From NCBI RefSeq assembly GCF_000150275.1, contig NW_002060943.1, positions 7,510,066-7,574,065 of the forward strand: DNA of 64,000 bases. The letters are read 5' to 3'. Of this stretch, positions 51,101 through 64,000 are shown piece by piece. Numbering within the stretch: the first letter of the stretch is position 1; every line of letters begins with the position of its first letter. This stretch comes from Trichoplax adhaerens. Lineage: Eukaryota > Animalia > Placozoa. Position numbers and translations under genes: made by a program. The notes under the pieces were generated by a model, which worked only from the letters and a program-made list of their open reading frames with translations, had not been told where the DNA came from and did no database searches.

Positions 51101-54100
51101 CAGGAAGAAACTACTTTTTATTACCTTGTAGTGCGATGCAACATATATAGACATTAATCTTTGTAAAAATGCTTCAGAGGCTTTATGACATGAGAATAGG
51201 GTATCTCTGTTAACGTAGTATGTTTACACTGTTAAGGCAATACGATCTATTTCGATTGTATCTGAATTTGGTTAATGATTGTAACTATCTTGAATATTGT
51301 TAGGATATAATTCGCAGTCATTAGGTGAAGGACACGCAGTGATAAATCTCTGAATGTTGGAAATATCAAGGCAAAGCAATTTATAAAGCCATTTTTCTAT
51401 TTCATCACCATTACTGTAACGAATTGATTCGTTTAATTCGATTTCATGTAAGATTCGACCTTAACATTACAAGGAGGAAAAATAAAAATTACTTCATTCA
51501 ATTAATTCGGATGTACAAACCAAAATAAGGTGCTTTACCTTTAATGGTTTGAGTGCTACTAGCAGACGAAGCTGCAGATGTCGCCTGTTGTTGCCTTAAT
51601 TGTTCAATTAGTTTAAGAGAAAGAGATCTTCCAGTTCCCTCATAACTAAGTGATCAATAAAAAGAATACGTTATAGATTTGATATTATACGTATAGCTAA
51701 TTTTATACCGTAAAAATAGTGCATACCCATTGATAGTGGAAGCCATGAAAACTAGGTAAGGACCCAGAATAGAACGAACTAGAGGTAGGGGGATTGCAGC
51801 TGCTTCATCAATAACGACTAATTCTGCTTGTCCTAGTTTACCAGCATCAGATGGGTGAAAGTACTACCATCCAATAGGTGCGAGAAGGAAAGAAATTAGA
51901 GATTGAAAAATTACATGAATTTATATTACAAGCTATAAGTAAAGGAATATAGCAGACCTGAATTGTTTGCCTGTGCTCCATAAAAACATTAACACGAATA
52001 ACAGCCTTATTATACTCAGGGTTGGTAGATTGAATAATTTCATAGTCTTGATGTTCCTTTAACGAGTAAATCATGCGATAAAATGAAAATTACTCTCTAA
52101 TTCATTAGTATAGTGTTTATATGCCTGCACTACGATTAGAGATAACTTTAGTTCGATTACCTCATATCCTAGAGCGTCAAATCCTTTAAAAACAAACTCA
52201 AACAGTGTGTGTAAGTTTTCTGGGCTTGGAGATGTGACAAAAATGTTCGAGTAGCTAAACGGTAATAAATCATTATTTACAGAATTAACCAAAATGCACT
52301 ATATACGTCTATCAATGAACATTCTTTTATAGCGAAATATTAATCGAGCATGCCTGAAGGCGATTGCGCCGGCTATGACTAATCCGAGAGCAGCTGATTT
52401 GCCTCGCCCTCGAGCAGCAGTCAATGCTATTGTCGATGTTAATGTCTTTTCTGATATCACTTCAATGAAACGTAATAATGCTTTCGCCTAATATAAAAAA
52501 TTTAACGGTGTTAATACAATGATCTGTACGACATACTACATAATTGTCAGTCTTCAATTCCAACAAATTGAGTGACTAACTTGGTCAAGAGTCTTTGTTA
52601 AATTTAAAAGGCTGCAAACAGGTTGTGTATCTGCTAAAGAGTCTTTCAATACTTTTAATTCTTCTTCTTTAGGGTCTTCACTGTCCTGAATATACATAAC
52701 GTAAATCACTTTTAACACATTCGCTTTTTGCAGAACTGCGATGGAAACAGTTTATACTAATTTGTGGTACAAATTACCTTCATAGACGCTGCAATAGGTG
52801 TAATGTTAGAAGAACTTGATGAAATTGGTAAAATATTGAATTGATCGTCCATAACTAAGCATTGTTTACAGGACGCTAACGATAGCATAAATCTACAAGT
52901 TTCAAAAGTACGTATATCAGCGAGAAAATGTGCAGTTAATGAAGAAGTATAATATATTGTAGCGCTAGAACCTTTCATTGAATCTGCAGATAACTTGTTG
53001 ATGGGATTCAGTTCTGTAACGTGAATGAACATCCTAGTAGAAATGACGTTGCAGGGCAGTTTTAGTTGAGAGAATAAATGTTTACCATAGTTTTATAGTC
53101 AGTGATAAGTTTAAATCGATTGTAAATGAATAGAATTTAATTTTTATCGATATAATGAGAAATTCTATGGCTCAAGTATGTAATGACGTAATTATAAAAC
53201 AATTAACTAGCCGTTTATTGGCAAGTAAAGAAAGATTGCTTATCCATTCAATAGTTTCTACAGTCAAGTAGACCAAGAACGTACCATAGTAAATGTAAAC
53301 AATTTCTTAAGAGAATTCATGGACTTTAGGAGAAAAATTACTAAACCGCCACCTTCGACAGTTTCTACAGTTCTAGCGAGGATGTTTGGAGTTAATGCTT
53401 CAAAATCCTATCATGAAATCCATTGAAAAGGTGAGCTTCGTTATTCAATAAACGATGTGGATATTGACGTATATAGTTGAAAGCAGTTTCTATATGTAAC
53501 TATTGCAAATTCTACATCATCATTTCATGAGTATTACAGTTTTATCAAGTAGTAAAATAAGGCACTGTATGAAAAACATAGCTAATCTATCTGTAATACA
53601 GGTATAAGCAAGTCGCAATTACTATTACCGTATCTCAGTGTATTGTAGCCATGTCACGTAGCAGAAATAAGCTACAAAATATCAGCTGAATTACCTGTAA
53701 TCCTAGCATATTGAAATATTACTACATCATTTCACGTATATTGTACTCATAGCAAGTAGTAGAATAAAGAACAGAAAGATATCAGCTAGATTACCTGTAA
53801 TCCTAGCACAAAAAGTATTACTACAGTACATCATTTCGCGTATATTGTAATCATGTCAGATAGTCGAATAGATTACACAATATTAGCTAAATCACCTATT
53901 ATCCTAGCATATAGCAAATATTACAACTACATCACATCATGTAATTATATCAAGTAGTAGAATAGAGTACACAATATCATCTAAATTGCCTGTAATCCTA
54001 GTATACCGAAAGTGTTACTACACATCTTTTTATGGACTCGTATATATGTTGCAGTCTTGTCAATTAGTAAGCTAGAATACAAAATAGCAGTTTGCATTAC

Positions 54101-54703
54101 CTGTAATATAAGCATACCAAAAGTATTACCCAAAATTTTGAAAGTTTCTGAGTAATAGCAGTAGCGAATATTGGTACTTGCAATAAATAATTCGAAAGGA
54201 TCATCTTTATTGATTGCAACATTTCCGCTTTTAAGCTTTTTCTGCAACTGTCTCATTCTCTTTTTACGATGGCTGATCCATGATGAAGGAAAGCAATAGT
54301 AAGACGATATTGATCAGGATGACCAAGTATTGCAAGACTATTAAAACTTTTTTAGTAGTGTATGAAGTATTGATAGCCTAACACAGTGAATATGAAATAC
54401 CTGCTAAAGCCAAGCTCTTTCTTATAACACCATAGTACGGAAGGCCGAGATTTGACAGTTGCTTTCGTTAGCATGTGATGCAAGATGACAACCTGTAATT
54501 AAAATTAGAGAAATGGCATGCGTTCGGCATCCATTGCCCACATTGCGACACATTAATTAGCGTAGTGGAAATCAATAGCTATAAAATTATCTTACCTTAT
54601 CTCTACCTTGATCGCCAACAATGACAAACATCGATCTTTGGCGTAATCCTACGCCATTTTCGATTAGTGTGCGTATACGAGAATCTAACTTTTGCAGCAC
54701 CAT
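48188..54703 (-). CDS. NAT10: RNA cytidine acetyltransferase NAT10/Kre33, multi-exon
   Basis: MVLQKLDSRIRTLIENGV, LWCYKKELGFSSHRKKRMRQLQKK, DFEALTPNILARTVETVEGGG, Walker A TAARGRGKSAALGL, DEAAAIPLP, RIATHPDLQGLGYG, and a Lys-rich C-terminal tail. Confidence 0.97.
51222..51308 (-). other. U12-type (minor spliceosome) AT-AC intron in NAT10, 87 nt
   Basis: Minus strand reads GAA TT|ATATCCTA...TTGCCTTAACAGTGTAAAC|A TAC TAC GTT AAC AGA GAT. Removing the intron restores the conserved CELYYVNRDTLF. Confidence 0.92.
53585..54130 (-). repeat. NAT10 intronic tandem repeat (~100 bp) derived from the exon end plus 5' splice site
   Basis: attacctgtaat..tagcat..aaa.tattact-like copies near 54096 (real junction), 53985, 53889, 53789, 53689 and 53590. 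Confidence 0.85.
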
Positions 54704-55191
54704 TTTGATTTAATCAGCTGAGAGCTGCAGCTTAGCAATAAGTGCAGTAGGAGGACTAGCCGCTGCAGAGATCTGCTCGATGTCACGTGGCAACCGGGAA
54801 GACGACGTTGGTGGTTGATCAATGCGCTTTGTCTAGTATGGTAGGTGGTGTTTGGGTATCTATACTGGTAGTTTCCCTTAATCGCATACAGTTGTAAGAT
54901 AGCCTACCCAAACATGTCATACAGCCTATACTAGCCATTGGATAAAATTCGATTATTGTCCTTGTAACGAAAGTACCATACACTATTTACTATCCTATAC
55001 TTCACCACGGTCTTCTCTACTCCTTTGGTGTAATCCTTTCAATTTGGCCTTTGAATCCGTAGTCTACCCTACTAGCACCTACCCGCACACTGTGGTGAAG
55101 ACAATAACCCCCCCCCCCCCCTCTTGAACCCCCCCTTTCATCTTTCATCTTGAGAGCGTTGATTGAGCAAGCTGCAACACTTTATTCCAAC
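54704..55191. promoter_or_regulatory. Bidirectional promoter region NAT10/LMF2 (488 bp between ATGs)
   Basis: Head-to-head start codons. The region contains GTCACGTGGCAAC (54782-54794) and C14/C7 tracts (55108-55135). Confidence 0.7.
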
Positions 55192-58100
55192 ATGGCTGTT
55201 GGTATGCTAGTAAGGGAATCATTCCTATGGTGGATTGCTGCCATTTATTTATTCGCCTTCACATCCTTCTATCTGCAGATACCTGGTATAAATTTAAAGA
55301 TTGATTTCTTGCGATATTTTTTAGAGCCTAATGTTATCCAGGTCGTAGTGTGGATCGATCAATGAAATGATCAGTCTTAGTTTGTCAGAATAGAGTGTAC
55401 GATTTAGTTTTAAATAGCGATTTCAATTCTTATTTTTAACCTGGTTGATACTATTATGGTTATACTTGAGAAATTTTGAATTTATTATGGCGTGGAGCCA
55501 TTGATAAGTATTCAATTGCATAGATCGATTCAAACCTACAACATACCTTGCACAATATCGTCATGATAAGTCGCTAATACAGTATACGCTTGTATAGTAT
55601 CGTATACGTATGTGCTGACATGTAGAAACCATTGCAATGCAGGCATGTTGTAGTGGATGCCGTGCGAATAATATAATATAATTTGGAAGACTTTTAACTA
55701 GTTACTTCCTGTCGCCATTCAGCAGAATTGTACATTTCTTCTTCTGCTCTTCTTTTATACTGCGTTCAAATAATGTTCGAATCACTGTTCAGTAAATACT
55801 GTGGTGGCGCACGCCGTTTTATACTAGACTAGACGAGACTAGCGATAATGAACGAACAATACTGTGTGATGGGAAACGTGATCAATGTTCATCAAGAAAA
55901 GCGCTATTGAGATAGGATAAAGTAGCCGTTAGCTCATCATGGGCATGGTTATCATATTGCACAGATTTGCAAGCTTGTCATTCAACAATTTTACTAAAAT
56001 ACAAATTTCATTTTATCTAGTCCAGCCTAAGATAGTATTGTCAAACAATAATACAATCTAAACATGTACAGTACTTTACTTTATTAGATAAGGATAGAAA
56101 ACTTTTGTTTGGTAAAATCGAATTTTATAGCACAATACCGTAGTTGGTAATACTGCCAGCATTATTTCAATATTTAAAAATAAATTTACAATGAGCGACT
56201 TTTAAATATTCAATCACGTCCTAACTTTTCTTTCAAATTATGTGTAGGTCTGTATGGCAAGAATGGTATTATTCCTGTTGATAACCAACTAGATCTGAAA
56301 AACGGTAACGAAAAGTCCATCCGTGTTGTAGTATTTTAGCGACATTTAAAAACAGGATATTACACCCTTTTAACAGCAGTTTCTCTTGTTTTTTTTTCTA
56401 ATCATAATTTTAAGTGTTATGATTACAGTAAATTCTTTATCCTTAGTGTTTATGGTGCAATTTTTACCGCTTAATATTGCTCAATTAATATGACACATTC
56501 CCAAGATATTAAAAAATAGGCAAATAGACGATGTTGATAACAAAGCTACAATACATTGAAAGTACCCTACAGCATTAGTATACGAACGTATTCTACCAGT
56601 ACTTTACACTAATTCCTTAAAGCAAATGTAAAAAAAGATAACATAAGAGTAATATTACAGACAGTTGAAGATAGTAACTATATATTTTAAAAATACTTTT
56701 ATTTAATAAATGTTGTGGTTGTTGTATTGTAGATTAAATGGCTAAAATTTACATTTATATAATTATAATTGACGATATACGCGTAATGACTTCATACAAT
56801 CCGTCATGATATCATTCATTTAATAGTAAACCTGCATGCCTAAGTAGATTTGATGCTGTGGTTATTCTGGTATATGATTATACTCGTATTTTGTAAGGAC
56901 TAATATAGCCGCTATACGACAAATCAAACTAATCATCAATTAAGCGTTTTCGTAAACTAAAAGAACATGCAATTGAAATGCCTTTTAAATTCATGATCAT
57001 AATGGTAAAAGTTACTAGTTTGGTAGAGCTATCAAGGCAAAAATTTTATAAATGACCAATAGAGTCCAGATATTAGATTTTATCAGCAATTTGTTGCAAA
57101 ATTTGTGATACCATAGTGTCACAACAGTTACTATAATTGACAAGGAAACACTTTGAGTAAAATATTGACTGCAGTACTACTAGTATATTCATGCTTAATT
57201 TAATATATTAAAGTAAATATGGTTTTGCAGTCTGCACGATATCGGTCTGAGTGACTACGGATGATGTCAGGACGATATTTAACTATTTATTTTATTAACA
57301 AATTTGTACTATCATATTATATTCATTAGTTGATGATCCAGCTAAAAAGTTCTCTTCGACACCGACATTATTATGGTTTATGGGCGATTATGGCTTAGAC
57401 GCTGAACAATCACTAGAGTTACTATCAATTGTTGGTATGCTACTAGCTTGGTTTGCTATGATAACACCTCGTGTTAGAAATGCAGCAACATTCCTTGCTT
57501 TGTGGATTTTTTACCTATCTATATTTAAGGTACCGTACCATTGTAGGTATCTTATTACATAATCGCAAATTGATTATTTTCGTGTACCAAGTTGAAACTA
57601 TCCAATGCTTCATAATTTGAGTAATGTTCAGGTCTTATTATACGTTAAGTAAATAATAAAATCAGTGTGCACAATACGGTTATTGGAGTTCATTAATATT
57701 ATTAATATTAAACTAGTAGAGGGTACTTAAAGAAGTACTGCTATCTCTCTGGAAATAAATGACTAATGATGATAACAAGTAATTTATTTTCTGTTTTCTC
57801 GTCTAAACTTTTTCTTTTACTGTGCTGCTATTAATAAACTACATCTTTTAGGTTGGCACTATCTTCCTTTGGTTTCAATGGTAAGCAATCTACTAAACAT
57901 TGGTTTGTTCGATGTTAATCCAGAAAATGATACCTTTTGCCCACTATACTGATGTACCGTTAAAAATAATACAGATAATTAATTGTTATAAATTGACGGA
58001 CGTACTACTAGTAGCGTTTAAAATGTAATAATTAAGGAAAGCGACAACAAACTGTTTCCTTGCTGTGCTGATATTTATTCGTTCTAATCGATGATACGAC

Positions 58101-60719
58101 CTATTTGTATGGGATATATAGGGATATTTTACTTTTGGAAACTGGGTTTTTGGCGATATTCGTTGCCCCTTTTGCTCTAATCAGATCTAGAAAGTACGAA
58201 CTTTGTGTAGATCGATCATACTAAGATTTAACTGATATATTAAAAAATTATTGCAGTAATGTCAATATTGCTCTTGACATTTTTTCAACTGATAGGATAG
58301 AACCTCAAGCACATGACAATTTAACCATGTGGCTGATTAAATGGCTTCTCTTCAGGCTCATGTTTGCGTCCGGCGTAGTTAAGTTAACAAGTGAATGTCC
58401 AACTTGGTGGAAATTAACTGCATTAACTATCCATTACGAGAGCCAGGTCATTCATTTATTATTATTCGTACTACTGTACTATAAGTTCAAAAAGAGTTTC
58501 GAAAATTTCACGACATTAGCGCTATGAAAAGCTAGATAACGTTTAATAGGCCATTATTTGTTAAGACTACTCTCATTACTATATTCTCGATAGAAAAAAA
58601 TAAATCTTAAATTATATTCATTATTTCATTCAGTGTATTCCAACACCACTAGCATGGTATGCCCATCAACTTCCTGTATGGTTTCAAAAATTTAGCGTTG
58701 TAATGACGTAAGTGTTTATTATAGTTATCTGTGGTGATGATAAATTTATATAAGCAAAGACTTGACAAATTTTATTGCCTGAAGCTTAACTTTTCTTTTT
58801 AACTTGCAGCTATGTCATCGAAATTGCCTTACCTTTCCTATTCTTCTCGCCTATCCGGAGCTTGCGGTTAATTTCATTTTATGGCCAGGTTTATACGACA
58901 TTATTCAATTGTCATAGTAAAGCATAATTAAAGTTTTCTGCACTGCAAGCACTGCAAGTCTACCGTATCTAAAGTATTTGCATTGATTTGTATTGCCTTG
59001 GCTAATATTTGTATTTTTCATTTATCAGTTACTTTTACAGATATTAATCATTCTTACTGGAAACTATAACTTCTTTAACTTATTAACAATTGGATTATGT
59101 ATTTCACTTTTGGACGAAAACTACTTAGCGAAGTGGTTTTCAGTTGATAAAGAACCAACCGACAGTTAGTAGTATATGATTGTGTTGCTAGATCACATGT
59201 ATATGATTATTACACAGATATAATTTTTACTATACGCATATCATCTATTCTTCTAGAAGAGGGAACAGGCGCATTACCAACTGGTGTTCAAAGATTTATA
59301 GGATGGATTAAATGGCTTCTAACAGCCTGGGCTATGCTAATGTTATGTTATTGGGTACAGCGATTGTTTACAGTGCGTTTTATGGAAGGAAATCAACCGA
59401 TAACTTGTAAAATAGGTAATTTGTAATATAACGATACGACGCTTTTACTTAACCTTAGTTTAATATTATTATTACCTGACTATACTCCTATTTATCGTTC
59501 ATTCATGCAGCATTTACCAAAGCCAGTTTCAATTCTGCACTTGTATCTGCCATGCCTATTACTGTCTGGATAGGTTCGATTAGTTTACTTGCCGAAATCT
59601 TAACAACGATTAAAAATTCAATTATTGCTCCTAATAATGTTGGACAAAAATTCTTTACTACCTTAAAGAGCAGCGTATATATCATTGCAGCTATCGTCCT
59701 TTTCTGTATTAGCTTGAATACTCACTGTGTTCTTGATCCTAAATTACAAAAGTCACTATCACCTGTTATTAAAAAGTGGTATGATGACTCGAAAAGTCTC
59801 GAAATAAGCAATCCTTACGGATTATTTCGAAGGTATATCATTTTGATCGATAGTACAGTAATAAGGTTACTACAAGTTTCTTGCGTTTTGATAATTACCA
59901 TATACGGAGCATTTTCTTATGTTGATTTATGCAGTATGACTGGTGTTGGCGGTCGTCCAGAAGTCGTCATTGAAGGCAGTGATAACTTAAATTCAGGCTG
60001 GAAAAAGTACGAATTTTATTACAAGCCCGGTAACGTTAGAAGATCGCCGCCAGCAATAACTCCTCATCAACCACGTCTTGATTGGCAAATGTGGTTTTTG
60101 GCTCTTGGCTCCTACGATCAAAATCCATGGTTTAAAAGTTTCTTACATCGTCTCTTAACTAATCAAAAAGAAGTTGTTGAACTTCTTCAGTATAACCCCT
60201 TCCCTGACAAACCCCCAAAATATATACGCTCTAAGCTATATCATTATCATTACACTAGATATAACTTCGCCAGAGGCTATGCTGGGTTAGTTTTACTTTA
60301 ATAATTTCATCTTGAAATCCGCTTGTTCCATCGGTTGATTTTGTTTTCCTCTGATTTAGTCTTTTCAATACCTCACAATCGTGGTGGAGAAGGGAAATAA
60401 AACGGGATTTTTCTACAAGAGTTAGCATAGACGATCAAGATATACGAGCAACTATGTATCGATACAGAATGAATTTGGTAAGTTACAATGAAGTCATTTA
60501 TTTTGTTGTTTTTACGGCTTTTGAATCAGACAGCTCAAAATATTTATATGTTATTTCTCAATTTTTATACAGCATCCTAAACGTAACATAAAAAAGAACT
60601 GGATGATCCGCTTTCTAGAGCAAATTCGTAAAATATTAAGGCAGGGTCCTGTTATTCCTATTTTCATTGCAATATTTGTAGCTGCTATCACAGTCAACAT
60701 GCTGAATGGAATTCTATAA
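55192..60719 (+). CDS. LMF2: Lipase maturation factor 2, multi-exon
   Basis: [122 protein letters not shown]. Confidence 0.95.
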
Positions 60720-60816
60720 CTCGAAATCTGTTTACATTACTATTAACAATATAATACTTGTCAAAATTGAATACGTACAAAATTTAAAATGAAAGTAAAG
60801 AAATTATAGTTCATTT

Positions 60817-63800
60817 TTAGTTTAAACGACTTTGTGCTGTATCATCCAAAGAAGGCGCCTTGTAATGCATGAGTGCCTCATGGGGCAAACGGGTGGAAAG
60901 CATCTTAACGGTCATTGTATTAACTGGTGCTTTTTCGTTTTTACCACCATGACTTATTTCTATATTCCCATTATTAGCCTAATATAAATTAGTATGGCAT
61001 AAACGTTTATGAAAATAATTATGGTATCATGGAGAATAATCTGCATACTTTATGTCTAAATTTAAAACTTGACAACCGACAAACTTATTAAACAAGCCTT
61101 TTGCATCGTATCTATAGAAGCTAAAATATTATGTCAGAGTTTTTATTAACCACTTACCAGCTGTAAAGTGGCAGCAAATAACCTACAGATCTCATATGGT
61201 TCCTGTATTAATTTGTAACGTAAATTATTGTGTTACCTGTCTAAAATAAAAGCTATAATATTCATATAATGCTACGTAAGTATTTCTCGTCAGTACCTTT
61301 TGGCTAACAACGTCTTCGAAGGACACTGCATCGTCGTTTTCTGAATGAAATAAGAAAGTGTTAAAAAACGATTAAGGCTACTTTAATTTTAGTAGAGTAT
61401 AATAGTATTCGATATGAAAAATTAATTAAACTATAAGTATGTTTTATTATTACTCTCTTTTAGAGAGTCCAACACCGATTGACCATACGTATGGATATCA
61501 AATGGAGGATGTTTTTCTTCATTTTCAAGAGCAGGCTTAATTCTGTCTTGCCATTCGTTAACGCGAGATCTTAACGCAGAATCCTCTATATACTGGCGTG
61601 TTACCTTGGCATATACGTTCTAAAATAACAAATATGTAGCTTTTCAATCTTATACTCTATCAGTTTAGACAATGAATAGCAACCCATTCTCTAAAATAAT
61701 CATAAAAGTTACAATACCAAGTGCTCCTTTACAAGCTCTTCGTAAGTTTGCGGTATTTGATTTTCAAGGTTCTGCTCTTCTATTGCTATGGGAATTAGTT
61801 CATTCTTAATAACTATATGCTACTACAGTATATATCATGCACACAAATAATTTCAAATTTTTTATAATACCAATTGGATCAATGCTCATGTTATGTTCAT
61901 TATTAACTATTTCTTGATCAGGGTTGTAATTATTTTCTATTCCGAAATCATCCTGATCGCTATAATCATCATCATAACCACCTATAGGTAGAATCGTGAA
62001 ATAGTAGAGATTTAGATAAAATGTTAGCCAACCTAGTACACTTAGTTATTTCCTAGATAATGATACGTCGTATACAATACTTCATTACCGTCAATATTAT
62101 TCTCCTGATCATCATGTTTATCATGATCATCGCTATCTTGCCCGTTTGAGGTCATAAATTTCTAATGTGAATTTAAAAGATGTACAGACAAAACTGATGT
62201 CATAAGGCATACAGATTACAAGAAAGGTACCAAATTATTGATGTGAGATATATTTGTACGTATTAGTGTAAACTTACGAATAATTTGTTAATTTCTCTAC
62301 TCAAGATATGCTGATTTTCTGCAAACTCGTAACTTATATATTCCAAATCTAACAACATACACGATATATGTTTAGTATGTGTCTAGTTAACTATAACATG
62401 TATGGAATAATTTTAGTTTAATGCTGTGATAGTAGATCCAATTTATTGCAGATACAGTACGAGTAAAATTACCTTCACATATAACATTCATCGCATGCTT
62501 CAGTAGTTTTTGGTTTTGCCTAGTACAAGCTAAAATAACCACCAAATAAGCAGCAATATCAAGTTTTGTCCTCATCCTACTAATAGATACATTGCAAGTA
62601 TAAAAAAATGGTTGATCTAAATACAGTAGCTTACCAGCCCTGCTACAGAACTCTATAATGGATATGCCAGGTTGATTGCTTGTAATACTAATTTGTCCAC
62701 GCTTTCGCTTACGAATGGCCTGGGTATCTATAGCAATATTTTTAGGTATGCGCCAATTTCGGCCTGTATCATAAGTAGTAATAGATTAATTGTTATGGAA
62801 AGCGGTATATCAGTATAGTGATTTCACGTATTTGATATTTAAATGTGCTAGCTTACTGGCTTTGAATGCTCTTTCTGGAATGGCATCTTTGTCATGCGGA
62901 TCGAGAACTTGCCATGCACTATCTTCAACGATAGGTTCTTGCTGTTATAAATGAACAGTAAAGTTTATCCGATTAAGTTTACATCAAAAGCAATAAAGTT
63001 TAAAACGTAACCAAAATTATATTCAGCTTATATTAAATCATCTACGAACTTCTATTGCCGGGTGTAGATCGTCCCTGAGTGTATCGTTAATTCCTCCGTT
63101 AAAAGTATTGTCATCGGAATTGAAACCTTATTTTAAACAACAGATACACGATAAGTTTAATTAAATAAAAAAGTTTTAACTAACGCAGTACATGCCATCA
63201 TTCATTAATACTAATAAATACCATCATTTTCGGGTATATCTTCATTCTCACCAGATATGAAGCTCTCATCTAACGCAAAATATTAAAATCTTACGTAATG
63301 GATTTACTCATATATAACCATATATATACATTAATTTATACTTGAAGAACATCTTGCATAAATCTGTTACTAAGTAAGTTATGTAATGAAAAAATGTAGA
63401 ATTCAATATAATTACTATTGTGGGTGGTAAATGGCATGATATTATTGTGACCACCATCATTTGCTAAGGTGAAGGCGTTCCTGTTGGCACGTGGCTGGAA
63501 GCTAGTATCAATAAGTAAAGCTCCAGAATGATGAATCACAGATGTATTGACTCTAAAATCTCCACGATTTCCCAGTACTTCTCCTCTACCACTGTTTACA
63601 ATATTTCATTCAGATATAGAAAATTGAAAGGAAATAAGTTAATATTTCCTAGGTATGTATCATACAAATGTGATTTACAGTTAAGGATATAAAAAGCACC
63701 TACAGAAAGTGATAATTTTAAAAATAAATATTTTAAATTCTTTCACTTATACGTAGGTAGTTGATACCTTAGTAATTGAACATCACTTTGTCTTTTATGA

Positions 63801-64000
63801 TTATCCGTCGGTAGTAATGATACAGGTGTTCGAAGACAAATATATGATGAAGTCCGATTTTCGAAATCTTCTTCTATCAGATCAATGTTGTTAGCCTCTT
63901 TGATATCATCTAATGAAATGAACTAAAAGAGAGACATTGACCCAAGATTATTTCAACTACAATGATACTAATTAATTTAATAAGATATTGATGCATTGAT
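60817..64000 (-). CDS. NCAPH2: Condensin-2 complex subunit H2 (kleisin-beta), 3' portion; 5' exons lie beyond the window end
   Basis: FISLDDI, GEVLGNRGDFRVNT, AWQVLDPH, TYEELVKEHL, RVNEWQDRIKPALE..HPPFDIHTYG, PYEICRLFAATLQLANNGNIEI. Confidence 0.9.

Overview
AT-rich eukaryotic (metazoan) genomic DNA with many short spliceosomal introns and a 50-N assembly gap at 43411-43460. The compact architecture suggests a placozoan such as Trichoplax, but that is inference only. I reconstructed eight protein-coding genes by manual splicing: an intronless FAM124-family gene (+), Fuzzy/FUZ (+, 14 exons), FGFR1OP2/SIKE (+), liprin-beta PPFIBP (-), NADH-cytochrome b5 reductase (+), NAT10 (-), LMF2 (+) and the 3' part of NCAPH2 (-). 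Intergenic and intronic DNA carries many tandem repeat families. The most notable observations are: (1) a 517-bp TG...CA element with a 5-bp target-site duplication (solo-LTR-like) inserted in a ~200-bp satellite; (2) repeat arrays whose units carry hairpins with compensatory changes; (3) a U12-type AT-AC intron and two GC-AG introns; (4) a NAT10 intron built from tandem copies of the upstream exon end and its splice donor; (5) two adjacent perfect palindromes in the FGFR1OP2 promoter; (6) gene neighbourhoods also seen in human. I recognised no rRNA, tRNA or CRISPR. All gene calls come from recalled family motifs, not from database searches.
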